Shown: positions 34,843-45,532, numbered from the stretch's first letter. The stretch is DNA of 64,000 bases from an uncultured candidate division Zixibacteria bacterium (GCA_963713865.1 OY970208.1:2659047-2723046), one strand, 5' to 3'. Program-made: numbers and translations. Notes: generated by a model from the sequence alone, not told the origin.

Positions 34843-35577
34843 ATGTCCTTTAAACGAAGATTCTCCTGGTTAATACCTGTTATCCTGCTGGTATTAATAC
34901 CCGTTACAACCTATGCCGTAAACAAAGAAGCCAAGAAGCATTTCGATGAAGCTATGAAGCTTCAGAATAAAGCTATCTCAAATGCTATTGATGAGCTCAA
35001 ACTGGCTATTAAGATCGATCCGAAATATACAGAAGCTCATTATCACTTAGGCACCCTCTATCATCAAAAGAAACTTTTTGATGAAGCTATGAAAGAATAC
35101 AAGATAGTGCAGAAACTAAATCCCAGATTCCCCAAACTAAATTATGTTATCGGGGCATTTTACTACACCCAGGGAGTCCTTGCCTGGACCAGAGCAGTTC
35201 AAATCGATAATAACTATCTTTACAAAGATGATGGTAAGCAGGTGTTTTACAAAAAAGGGACTGACCCGGAAAAAGCCATAAATCAATATAAAGAAATCAC
35301 AGATAAAGATACTATGGCTGTCTTAGCCTACTATAATCTGCGGGGAGTATATTACGATTTAGCCATCATAGAATATGAAAAAGCAGTCAAAGCTAACCCT
35401 AAGGATACCTCAGCCCAGTATGATTTAGGTCTGGTTTATTTAGAAAGAGGCAGACCCGACAAAGTCAAAGAACAATTAAAAATCCTTGAAAACCTTTCCC
35501 CTGGCCATGTCCAGGGACTGCAGCAGATGATTGATATGGAAGAAGCCCAGAAAAAAATGCTGAAAGGAAAGAAATAA
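34843..35577 (+). CDS. Secreted TPR-repeat protein
   Basis: RBS aaggag, signal peptide ending TYA, TPR motifs (EAHYHLGTLY, SAQYDLGLVY). Confidence 0.85.
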   Translation: MSFKRRFSWLIPVILLVLIPVTTYAVNKEAKKHFDEAMKLQNKAISNAIDELKLAIKIDPKYTEAHYHLGTLYHQKKLFDEAMKEYKIVQKLNPRFPKLNYVIGAFYYTQGVLAWTRAVQIDNNYLYKDDGKQVFYKKGTDPEKAINQYKEITDKDTMAVLAYYNLRGVYYDLAIIEYEKAVKANPKDTSAQYDLGLVYLERGRPDKVKEQLKILENLSPGHVQGLQQMIDMEEAQKKMLKGKK

Positions 35578-35636
35578 AAAGTGACATAATCAAGGATTTC
35601 TTAAAATAAATTTTCAATCCAGCTTTTTACAAAAAT

Positions 35637-35668
35637 AAAGAGCCAGTTAATTTTCACTGGCTCTTTTT
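35637..35668 (+). terminator. Intrinsic terminator, probably bidirectional
   Basis: aaagagccagt-loop-actggctcttttt. Confidence 0.75.
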
Positions 35669-35765
35669 ATCTATTGTTCATCCTTGGATTATTTTATTTA
35701 GACCATCTTGCGGATTTAAGTTAGAAAATAGAATAACCACAAAGGATGAATCTTTAAAAAAATAA

Positions 35766-35783
35766 GCGGAGAGGCAGGGATTT
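35766..35783 (-). repeat. tRNA-Ser 3'-end fragment, distal att-like boundary
   Basis: gcggagaggcagggattt versus cggagaggccgggattc of tRNA-Ser; adjacent ggtacaaaatggacaaaa arm-like repeat near 35914. Confidence 0.6.
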
Positions 35784-35962
35784 CTCTTAGGGTATTCGTG
35801 TAAGTCTTTATTTATCTTATAATCTCACATTTAAGTTTCGTTTCGCTTGGACTTAACTTTTTTGTTTCTTTTTGTTTGTTTTTGTCTCTTTTTATCTATT
35901 GATACTTCGTTCAGGTACAAAATGGACAAAAATAAAAAAACGAAAAACTATTTCCTACCCGT

Positions 35963-36424
35963 TTATTCTTTTCTATTGTTACGACTAAGAGCTATTCTCC
36001 ATAAGTCCAGTATTGGAGAATGGTTTGAATCTTGGTTTGGAAGTTTAAGCTCGCTATCTATTTTTTCCTTGATCTCCAGGTAATCATTTTTCACATTTTC
36101 CGGCATCAAAGACTCAAGTTTTGTTATGATCCTTTTCCGGGAGTCTCTCAGGACTGGATCCGATTCGATAATCTTGGAGTTCAATCCCAGATAGAGCGCC
36201 AAATATTCTTCTAAGGTAAAGTTTAAAGGTGGCAGGAAGGCATCCGTAAGATATTTATATCCGTTTTCAAAATAAATCGGTATATTAGCCCCAGAAATCG
36301 CCTTAATATCCCGGTAGATAGTCCTCTCCGACACCCCGCATTCTGAAGCCAAATCTTCAGCCCGCAGGTTTCTCCTTGCTCTCATTAGATTTAGAATCAG
36401 GAGCAACCGCTCTGCTTTATTCAT
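35963..36424 (-). CDS. HTH_11 transcriptional regulator of PafB/YafY (WYL) type, lacking the WYL domain
   Basis: MNKAERLL..., LASECGVSERTIYRDI, LPPLNFTLEE; stops where the WYL domain would begin. Confidence 0.8.
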   Translation of the reverse strand: MNKAERLLLILNLMRARRNLRAEDLASECGVSERTIYRDIKAISGANIPIYFENGYKYLTDAFLPPLNFTLEEYLALYLGLNSKIIESDPVLRDSRKRIITKLESLMPENVKNDYLEIKEKIDSELKLPNQDSNHSPILDLWRIALSRNNRKE

Positions 36425-36449
36425 TCAGGTTCCGTCTCAATGAATCAGA

Positions 36450-37199
36450 TCACATAACCGTTAATTCCAAAAATTTTTGATGCTTGATTAACCTTTCCGA
36501 AATAACCTGGCGTTTTATTAAATCATTGTCCCTGGTCAATGTTAACATTCTTTCTATCTCGCTCCCTAGCTCGTCAATATTGTTAGGCCAGTCATAATCT
36601 GAAAATAAGCAGAAAGCATCGATTGAGAATCCCAGCACCATGCGATTCTGCTTTTTATTCACAGACTCCAGAATGGTGCGCATTAAAGAAAAGAGCTCTT
36701 CCTTCCTGTGTCTTAAAGCCGGTATCTTGATCATCAGGGGGAAGAATTCCAAAAAGTGACCAAATGTAAAATCGTTCTTCTTGTTTCCGTTGCCATTCTT
36801 CTTCTCCTGGGAAGCAATTAAACCCAGCTGGTGGAACTGACTTCTGGAAAGCCCGAATCTTTTTGACTCGTTCTCCAGGAGCTCATAAATCTGGAGCTGT
36901 GCTTTTGAGTTCAAAAGGTCAATCCTTCGGAAAAAATAAGTATTCCTTTTCTGGTTGCTTAAATCTATTATTTTAGTTAAATGATTTTTAAACAGATCAT
37001 CTAAGACTTTGAGCTGGCTGGAATAGTCACATTCCCAGTCGAAAATAATAAAGTCCTTAGTCCAATTTCTTCTATCATGAATTAACTTGGCAAAATATTC
37101 TTTTCCTACTCCATTTTCACCTTCCAGGATCATATTTAAAGGCTGGGTTATTGCTAAGTCTAATTTTTTGTGAAACTCGTTAATTTTACTGTTGCTCAC
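36450..37199 (-). CDS. Degenerate sigma54-activator AAA+ domain protein without HTH
   Basis: GENGVGKE Walker A, IPALRHRKEE, YDWPNNIDEL; no GAFTGA, no Walker B DE, no HTH. Confidence 0.75.
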   Translation of the reverse strand: MSNSKINEFHKKLDLAITQPLNMILEGENGVGKEYFAKLIHDRRNWTKDFIIFDWECDYSSQLKVLDDLFKNHLTKIIDLSNQKRNTYFFRRIDLLNSKAQLQIYELLENESKRFGLSRSQFHQLGLIASQEKKNGNGNKKNDFTFGHFLEFFPLMIKIPALRHRKEELFSLMRTILESVNKKQNRMVLGFSIDAFCLFSDYDWPNNIDELGSEIERMLTLTRDNDLIKRQVISERLIKHQKFLELTVM

Positions 37200-37371
37200 T
37201 TTATTTTCGCTCCAAAAAAGTTATTCTTCTCTGTTAAAGCTTCGTTTTTTAAAAAGCCCCCCTTTTCACCTGGTCGTTTATGCCCATCTGAATCCTCCTT
37301 GACACAAACTCGATAAGCCTCTACCCCGACCAAGAGATAAAAAGAGTGGGTCCACCTTTTTTTCACGTCCC

Positions 37372-37584
37372 TTAACTCAGTGTTGTATAAAGAACTAAGG
37401 ATTCAAGAAAAGTGAGCGGTTGCTCAATTCCTAATGGAGGTGCCGAGTCAAGCCCATCCGCTGGCTGACCAATTCCATCCCCTCCATAAACTATTACTGG
37501 AACTGTTAAGACTAAGATTGCCAACAGTAGCACGGCCAAAATTAACCCGGCTACTCCCTTTTTCCTCTGAACAAGCTTTAGCAT
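37372..37584 (-). CDS. 70-aa secreted pre-peptide
   Basis: RBS aaaggag, MLKLVQRKK basic n-region, long hydrophobic h-region, VYG/GDG probable cleavage, Gly/Pro/Asp-rich mature part. Confidence 0.7.
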   Translation of the reverse strand: MLKLVQRKKGVAGLILAVLLLAILVLTVPVIVYGGDGIGQPADGLDSAPPLGIEQPLTFLESLVLYTTLS

Positions 37585-37640
37585 CTGTTTCTCCTTTAGA
37601 TGAAGTTGAAAAAACATTACTTTCTCTAAAGGTGAAGTAT

Positions 37641-37656
37641 TGCAAGAATGATACCA
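37641..37656 (-). promoter_or_regulatory. sigma54 (-24/-12) promoter
   Basis: TGGTATCATTCTTGCA = GG-N10-GC, about 56 nt upstream of the peptide ATG. Confidence 0.75.
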
Positions 37657-37923
37657 CTGTTCAGTTTTTTCAGAAGAGAATTAAAATAAACAGTTTATTT
37701 CATTGTGACAGTTATGGTTATGAGGTTGGTGATAGATTGAAAAAAAAGTAATTAATCAATCATCAGTGCTTATAACTCGCCGATTTCGACGAGCAAAATG
37801 AAGATAAGAATTTAATCAGTTGTAAAACTTAGAGTTAAGGAAGAGGAATTTATGACTTGATGGTTTCTTCTATAATAACACAGTCTAATTAATTGTTACT
37901 AAAGGAGATTACCTGATTGCTCG

Positions 37924-40900
37924 TCACTTTTGACGAATACCGGTTCGTGGTTTCTTAAATCTATGCTTTGCCATTTTTCTTCTTAAGGTAGCCTCACCTA
38001 TTCCCAATTGAAAAGCTGCCTTAACTTGATTCCAATTATTTTTCATTAATGCCTGGAGGAGCACCTCTCTTTCCAGATTCCCCAAAACTCTGGGCAAGCT
38101 CTCCTTTGAGGTAAGTAGTTTTATATCTCTTTGGATTTGTGATTTTGTTGGAAGGTATTCTTTTGGGAAGGAACCATCCTCGGAGAAGAGGACTGCTTTC
38201 TCCATTAAATTGGCCAGCTCTCTCACATTACCGGGCCAGGGATGATCGATTAAGACATTCATTACCTTCATCGGAATTGTTATCTTGGGTTTGTTGTTTT
38301 CCTGGGAGAACTTATCTAAGAAATAATCAATCAGATAAGGAATGTCCTCTTTTCTCTCACGTAAAGGTGGGATTTTAATTGTCACTGGATTTAATCTATA
38401 AAAAAGGTCTTTCCTGAAAACACCTTTCTTAATGCATTCCTCTAAATCTTTATTAGTGGCTGAGATTACCCGGATATCAACTTTGATAGTTTTGCTCCCA
38501 CCTACCCTCTCGAACTCTCTTTCCTGCAGCACTCTCAAAACCTTGGCTTGGGTGGAAAGACTCATGTCTCCGATCTCATCAAAGAATATAGTCCCTCCAT
38601 CTGCGTGCTTGAACTTTCCGTCTCTCATCGCTACCCCGGTTGCCACCTTTTCTTCTACACCAAAAAGCTCACTTTCTAAAATAGATTCAGGTAAGGCCGC
38701 ACAATTAACCTTTACAAAAGGCTTGCCTTTGCGAACACTGGTATGATGAATCAGATTGGCAATTAGCTCTTTACCCGTCCCGCTTTCTCCTAAAACCAGG
38801 ATACTGGTTTTGCTGTTAGCTACCTTGTCAACCATATGGAAAACATCCTGCATCTTCTTATTCTTGCCTACTATATTGGGAAAGCTGTAGGTTTTCCTCA
38901 GGTCTTTTTTCAACTGAAAGACTTCTTCATTCAGCTCGTTGTAAAGCTGGGCTTTTTCCAGGGCAACCGCTATCAAGTTAGCAAAAGCTTTAAGAAAATC
39001 TAGATCTTCTTTAGAGAGATTCCGCTCAGAGACCGGTGATCTACGTAGATTGTGCCTAAAATTTTGTTCTTGGTAGTTAAGGGTACACATAGAATAGAAA
39101 GTATATTATGGGTTATCACACTTTTATATAAACTGATCTCTGGATCGCGTCTGGTATCCTCAATTATTAAGGGTTCTTGAGTTCTGAGTACATCTTTGAT
39201 CACCTTTCGACTAATCTTTAAAGCGTCTGTTTTTGTTTCTATTTCTATCCCTCTTGTCATTTTCAGTTCTAAACCGTCATCTTTAGGGTTATAGAGTATA
39301 ACTGCTGCTCTCTCCGCGCTCAGATGTTCTATCGCTAAGTCTAAAATCTTGACTAAAAGCTCATCTAAATCTGTGATATTGTTTAAAAGTTCACTGATTT
39401 GATAAAGAACCTGGGCCCTCTGCTTGTCTATCTGGGTGGAATCAGAAAGCCCTCTAATCAAACTTTCACAATCGGAAACTTTTGCGGGGATTTCAAGGTC
39501 CTTGAATATAGCTAAAGCTTCTTTTAAGTATCCTTTGGCTTCTCTGTACTTTCCCTGTTCTGATCTTATTCTGCCAATATCCAGATAAGATATCCCGATA
39601 TCATATCTCATCTTTAAAGCTTTGAAAGCATCAACTGCTTCCAGTAATTCTCTCAAACCTTCTCCTGGTTTACCTTTTCGAATCAATAAGGCTCCGGTCA
39701 TTCTTTTGAATTTACCTGTTAGAGCTTTATCCTCAACCGATTTCAAAAGTTTTTCGGCATAGTTTAGATGTATCTCAGCTTCGATGGTATTATTCTGCCG
39801 GAGCTCTAATTCTGTTAAAGCAAGTGAAACCTCTAACATCTTCTTCACATTTTCCAGCGAATCATATAGCCTTAGACTTTCCTTCAGCTGAGACAAAGCT
39901 GTGGCAAAATCGCCAGCTTCCAGATTCAATTTCCCTAAAAGGTTAAAGCTGTCAGCCAACCCTGATTTATCATTCAATTCCTGTCTTAATCTCAAGCTTC
40001 TTTTCAGATAATTTCCAGATTTAGACCATTCTCCTTTCAAAAGATATATTTCACCAAGCCTGACGCAGGAATGAGCTACTCCCGGTTTATCTTCAAGATC
40101 CTGGAACAACCTTAAAGCTTTAGAATAATCTTCCAGGGATTTATTTAGCGACCCTCTCCTTAAACGAATTAGCCCCATATTGCAAAGGGTTATAGCCGTT
40201 CCGCTTTGATCTCCTGTTCTCTCTTTTAATTCATAGCTTTTCAGGTGGCATTCTAAAGACCTATCCCATTCGTATAGGCTTTCCCAGGTTATGGCTAAGT
40301 TATTATACAGAAAAGAGAGGTTAGTTATATTTCCATATTTTTGTTCAAGACGCAATGATTTTTCAAAATAGTCTAACGCTTCCTTTGACTCACCTTTACT
40401 GGTGCAAAGTAGTCCTAAGTTTATATAAACTATAGTTATACCTTTTTCATCCTTTAGTTCCTCGAAAACTTCTAAGCTCTTATTATAATAACTCAAGGCT
40501 TTATTGAACTCACTCAATTCCCAATTAACCACACCCAGAACCATTTAAGGCTAATCCTAACTCTTTAGAGTTTTCCTTCCCCAGTAACCCGATTGACTGC
40601 TGAAAACACAAGATGGCTTGGGGATGAGCTGACTTTCTCTGATAAGCCCAGCCTAAAGTGATATTCAATTCAACTGCTACTCTGGGAAATCGGACCCCAT
40701 CGCATAAAGAAAGACCTTCCGTTAAAATCTCAACGGCTTTCTCATATTCACCTTTCCTGAAATAAAGGAGTCCTGTTTCTTGATAAAGCTTTGCTATCCT
40801 ATCTGGGGTTTGTTCTTCTTGTTTACAGATTTTGACCGCTTCGGAATAATACGCCAAAGCTTTATCGAAATTTCCCGTGACAACATATTGTTTGCCAAGT

Positions 40901-42954
40901 TTAGCCAATACCTCTTCTTTTGAGGAAAGGATACCCTTAATTCCAAACTCGTAGAGCTTTAACGCATTTTCATAATGTTTGATAGCATCCAGATGGTTAT
41001 TCTCTTTTTCAGCTTTTCCCCCGGCTAAAAAGGAATACTTCAAAGCCTGCTCTTTATTTTCAGCCTGGAAGAAATGGTAAGCCAGACTATTGACCATTAA
41101 ATCATCTCCAGAAGAATAAAACTTTTCCAGAACTTCGCCACACTTTTCGTGTAACCCTTTTCTTTTACCTTCATCCATTTTAAGGTAAATAAAATCTTTT
41201 ACCAAACCGTTAACGAACCCCAGTTTTTTCCCAACTGAAGTTAATTTTTCTTCCAAAAGCCTCTCTGAGAACAATAATGTCAGACCTTCCTCTATCTCCT
41301 CTTTACCATAACCTGCAACCTGATGTAGTATCTCCAGTTCAAATTCTTCTCCTAAAACTGAAGCTGTTTCTATTAAATTAAAAGTCCCAGGAGACAGCCG
41401 GGCTAATCTTCCTTTAATCTGTGAACCATAACTTTCCGGGACATTTATCTTATTAAATCCCTCTGGATTTAACTCCCAGCTGTAACCTGACCTTTTCAGG
41501 TATCCCTGCTCTGCTAATGAGTTCAACGAGGAGACGATTAAGAGAGGGTTCCCACCGGTCTTTCTATGAATGTTCTGACCGATTTTTCCCGGGTCATTCT
41601 TCCATGTTATTATCGAACTTATTAACTGCATAGTCTTTTTTTCACTAAAAGGCTTTAAAGCTATTTTAGTGAGAGATTTCTTTAAATTGGAGCCTAATAT
41701 TGCACCAACCTCCTGTGCCTTTTTATCATCTTCTGAAAGGGTCAGGTTGTTATCCAGGGCAAAACAGATTAAAAATTTCTCTTTTTTCGTTTGGTTCAAC
41801 CAGTTAATCAAGGAATCAAGAAGTTTCAAATTTACCTTTTGAAAATCATCCATAATCAAGACCAGAGGATGGGTCTGAATTGAAAGACTTTGAAGCTCTG
41901 GAAAAAGCATCTCACCAGATTCAGCCATATTTTTCCAGATAACTAACCCTCCCTGAATCTGGACAAAATTTTTGAACTCTTTTAAAAGTCTTGTTTTTCC
42001 AACTCCCCATTCACCTTCCAAGCGGATAACCTCTGCCCGCCCGCACTTCACCTCTTCAAAATGATGTTTAAACAGTGAAAAATCTTCTTCCCGTCCGATG
42101 AAGTCATCTGAAGCCGTCAAGCTTTTGATAAGATTTGAATCAACCTCTTCCAGTTTAATCCCGGAAGCCTGCTCGATCTCTTCTCTAAGCTCTCTGGCTG
42201 AATAACACCGATCTAAAGGGTCCTTTTTAAGTAATTTCAAAACCTGCTGCTTGAGTGATTCGGGAATATTCAAATCCCCTGGGAATTCTGGTTCTTTTTC
42301 CAGATGACCTTTGGCGATGCTCATTAGATCAGATTCCTCAAACGGGAGTCTGCCAGCCAAAACCTCATACAGCATCACTCCTAAGGAGTACAGGTCAACC
42401 TGATGGTTATACTCTTCCCCCCTGATGATCTCCGGAGCAAGGTAAGGGATAGTGCCTTTCCAATAAGGCTGTTCAGCCACTTTTCCATATTCAGCAAAAC
42501 CGAAATCGGTGAATTTTACTGCTGGATTGCCTTCTTCATCCGAGGAAATCAAAACATTGGAAGGCTTGATGTCGCCATGGATTATTCCTTTGCTGTGGAG
42601 AAACTCTAAAGTCTTCAATATCCCGATTAAAATCTGATGAAACTTTTGGTAATCTACCTCCTTGAAATATCCCCTAAAATCCTTTCCCTCAATAAAGTCC
42701 ATTGAGAAAAAAGGGTTGCCATCACTCGTAAACCCAAAATCAAATACTTCGACCAGGTTGGGATGTTCGATCTGGCTTAAGAGGAGAAATTCCTTTTTAA
42801 ATCGTTCGACATCTTCCTGTTCTTCAGAGCAAAGCACTTTCAGCGCAACTATCCTCTGTTCTATGACATCCCGAGCTTTGAAGACGTTACATATAGTTCC
42901 CTTCCCTGTTAACTGAGCGATTTCGTATCTCGAAGAAATATGATAATCAGACAT
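37924..42954 (-). CDS. Multidomain protein of about 1670 aa: Ser/Thr kinase, P-loop NTPase (STAND-like), TPR array, GAF, sigma54 AAA+, Fis HTH; split by frameshifts near 40535 and 39015
   Basis: HGDIKPSN/DFG/APE; GEWGVGKT; many TPRs; GAF (SILCVPL...GTIYVD); GESGTGKE, FFDEIGDM, FRKDLFYRL, WPGNVREL; NWNQVKAAFQLGI. Confidence 0.88.
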
Positions 42955-43130
42955 AGCTATATATTTAGCTGGTTTAGCTCTTTCTTATATGGTTCTTTGT
43001 AAATATAAGGATTTCTATTATTTTTATCCAGCTTTTTTTACATAATTTTATGTCATTAAGATATTTTGACAATCTATTTAAAAATCAGACTGTGATGGGG
43101 AATATCAAAATATTTGCAGAAAATAAAAAA

Positions 43131-43148
43131 CGGAGAGGCCGGGATTCG
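43131..43148 (-). repeat. tRNA-Ser 3'-end fragment
   Basis: cggagaggccgggattcg identical to 47623-47640. Confidence 0.85.
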
Positions 43149-43176
43149 TCCTCAGATTCTGTCTTCGACCATGAGC

Positions 43177-43472
43177 TCAGACCGAATGGAGCGAATCCGC
43201 AGGATGAGTCGAAGAAAACCTATCTATTAACCATCCTTTTTTCCCCGACGCCAGCTTTTAAGTTGAGCCTCTTTTTTGCGGGCGCTTGCGTAGTTTTCTT
43301 GCTATTCCGTATAAACTAATTTAACTGGTTTTCGCTTTTTTGTAAAAGCTGACCCCTGTCCAGCATTATGCTCTCTAACTCTATCCTCAACATCTGTTGC
43401 AACGCCAACATAATAAGAGCCATCGTTACAACTTAAGATATAAGCAAACCATGATCGAGAAATATTGTTCAT
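43177..43472 (-). pseudogene. GIY-YIG nuclease pseudogene (not in ORF track)
   Basis: Manual translation MNNISRSWFAYILSCNDGSYYVGVATDVEDRVREHNAGQGSAFTKKRKPVKLVYTE*QENYASARKKEAQLKSWRR; TAG at 43302-43304 plus frameshift near 43240. Confidence 0.85.
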
Positions 43473-43735
43473 TTCAGCCATTCGGCAAGCTCAGGGCCAT
43501 TGTCTTCGACAATGGCGGGGAGTTTGGGACAACTTTAGAGTTTCTTTACTCTGAAGTAAAGAGGTTATGGAGATGCCTTCTTTTTAATCGTCCAGTGTTT
43601 TCCAGGCGAATAAACTCTATCAAACCAAGAGTTCTCATTCTTTAGTCTGAAGCCAGAAATCTCTTGCATTTTGTATCCGTTTTTCGTATAAAACACTGAT
43701 TATGTCTACCGAAATTCAGTCAAAGGAGGTGACCG

Positions 43736-44383
43736 ATGAGGTCCACGAAAGCAGTAGCAACGATTGAGGTGATTCTAATTTTGGCCGTGGTAGTTTCACT
43801 TATGGTCGTGGGTGGCTGTGGCTCGACTCAGCTCGTCAATCTTTGGAAGGATTCCTCATACAATGCCGCACCATTGAAAAAGGTCCTGGTTGTCGCTATG
43901 CGCAAGGATCAACTCAGGCGCCGCATGTGGGAAGATGCCTTCGTTTTAGCGATTGAAGGTCACAAAGCTGGAACGGTTGTAGTCCCTTCTTACCAGCTCT
44001 TCCCGGAGGGAGTTCCCGACACCCTGGCCATACAGACGAAGACGAGAGAGGAAGGTTTCGATGGTGTTCTGGTAGTCGCCAGGGTCAAGCGTGATACGCT
44101 CAAGACAGATGTGCCAAGCTTCACAACGTATGAGCCTGTCTCTGTATATAAGCCAAGGTGGAAGACCTATGTAACGTATTATGATAGCGTGTACCATCCT
44201 GGTTACACTGAGTCTCAAGCCGAAGTCAGTGTGCGAACAGATCTCCTGCTGGCACAAAAAGAGGGCAGGCTGGTGTGGTCAGCCACAAGTAAGGAGATAG
44301 ATCCGGCTTCTCCTGACCAATTCAGAAATTCCGTTGCCGATATAGTGACGGATCAACTGATGAAAGCCCGTATTGTCCATTAA
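43736..44383 (+). CDS. Hypothetical lipoprotein
   Basis: RBS aaggagg, lipobox-like GGC, KKVLVVAM, GFDGVLV, LVWSATS. Confidence 0.75.
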   Translation: MRSTKAVATIEVILILAVVVSLMVVGGCGSTQLVNLWKDSSYNAAPLKKVLVVAMRKDQLRRRMWEDAFVLAIEGHKAGTVVVPSYQLFPEGVPDTLAIQTKTREEGFDGVLVVARVKRDTLKTDVPSFTTYEPVSVYKPRWKTYVTYYDSVYHPGYTESQAEVSVRTDLLLAQKEGRLVWSATSKEIDPASPDQFRNSVADIVTDQLMKARIVH

Positions 44384-44564
44384 TCGTGCTTCATTATTCT
44401 GAATATTGGTCAATTGCTAGGTCCAAGGCAGACTGAATGCTTGAAAGAAACTTGGGTGTGCTGATAGAATGGCTGAATAGTAGGTCTTTCGGCTGAGACT
44501 TAATGTCTTTTCAGATATTAAGTTGGACTACGTGAATAACATTGCTTCCCGTTCCTTGCCATAC

Positions 44565-44587
44565 GTGGGGCCGACGAGACTCGAACT
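44565..44587 (-). repeat. 3'-end fragment of a different tRNA
   Basis: Reverse complement AGTTCGAGTCTCGTCGGCCCCAC (T-loop plus acceptor strand only). Confidence 0.5.
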
Positions 44588-44657
44588 ACTCACCCAGTAG
44601 TTCCTGTAAAGGTCAAATCTGAATGTGCTCTTAAGTTGTTATGGGGCAAATAATCAA

Positions 44658-44809
44658 GCGGAGAGGCCGGAATTCACCGTTAGGTCCTGTCTTCAACCAT
44701 GAGCTCAGACCGAATGGAGCGAATCCGCAGGATGAGCCGAATGGAATCCGCTAATTAACCAGTCTTCCTTTTCTCTTCGCCAGTCTTGAAGTTGAGCCTC
44801 TCTTTTTAG
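44658..44809 (-). pseudogene. 3' remnant of a GIY-YIG gene (44705-44809) plus palindrome and tRNA-Ser 3' fragment (44658-44675)
   Basis: LKREAQLQDWRREKEDWLISGFHSAHPADSLHSV*; about 150-bp repeat of 43131-43277. Confidence 0.8.
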
Positions 44810-44932
44810 TGTTCTGTCAGGTCCTAGAACTGACAGCAATCTGTGTCAGGAGTAGCTCCTGACACAACTGGTAAAATCCAACCAGTGTCGCCACAATCAA
44901 TAAACAATAAATTGCATCATTTGTCCCGCAAA

Positions 44933-45532
44933 TTACACATCCAATACCATAATCCTACGGGAGAAATCAAAGTAATAGTGTTGGCGAGGGGGTCTTTGTA
45001 TTAAACTCTTATTTGCAGAAGGATGATACCAAAACTCGATATCAAGTGTTAGGAGTTTTTCCGTAGAAGTACCATATTCCATGTCTTCAATATCCTCCAA
45101 AACATGACCTGCTTTCTCTAAAATGCCCCTTATATCGAAATGCCCTCTAGCGCCACTCATCGGCTGAACAGTGAATGGCCACTCGCCATTATAAAACCCA
45201 CCCAGTGATACGGGTTTGTCGAGGACAAGTGCATGGAGGTTACACCAACAGTCTACTGTATGTTTGCTAGGGTTGTTAATGATAAAAAGCAAATGGTAAG
45301 GGTCGTTGGGGAGTGGTTCTAGTATGAAAGATGAGCTTAGAGTCCAAGCATCCTTTGCCAGTAGATATGTGAAGTACACGTAGGCCAATAGCGCTGCTAA
45401 AGTGAGAACTAAAGCAAAGTCCGCAAAATCTCTAAGAGGTTCAAAATTATTGAAAATTTTGAGGAGTAAACCTATAACCCCCATACTGAGCAATAACACT
45501 ATGGCTGCTATAAGCGACTTCGGAAGTTTCAT
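44933..45532 (-). CDS. Hypothetical membrane-anchored protein
   Basis: 199-aa ORF, two N-terminal TMs, RBS aggag. Confidence 0.65.
   Translation of the reverse strand: MKLPKSLIAAIVLLLSMGVIGLLLKIFNNFEPLRDFADFALVLTLAALLAYVYFTYLLAKDAWTLSSSFILEPLPNDPYHLLFIINNPSKHTVDCWCNLHALVLDKPVSLGGFYNGEWPFTVQPMSGARGHFDIRGILEKAGHVLEDIEDMEYGTSTEKLLTLDIEFWYHPSANKSLIQRPPRQHYYFDFSRRIMVLDV

Noticed and set aside
43302-43304. In-frame TAG in the GIY-YIG copy as recoding or an alternative genetic code
   Set aside because: TAG terminates normal genes here (glnS, gltX, asnA) and the copy also has a frameshift
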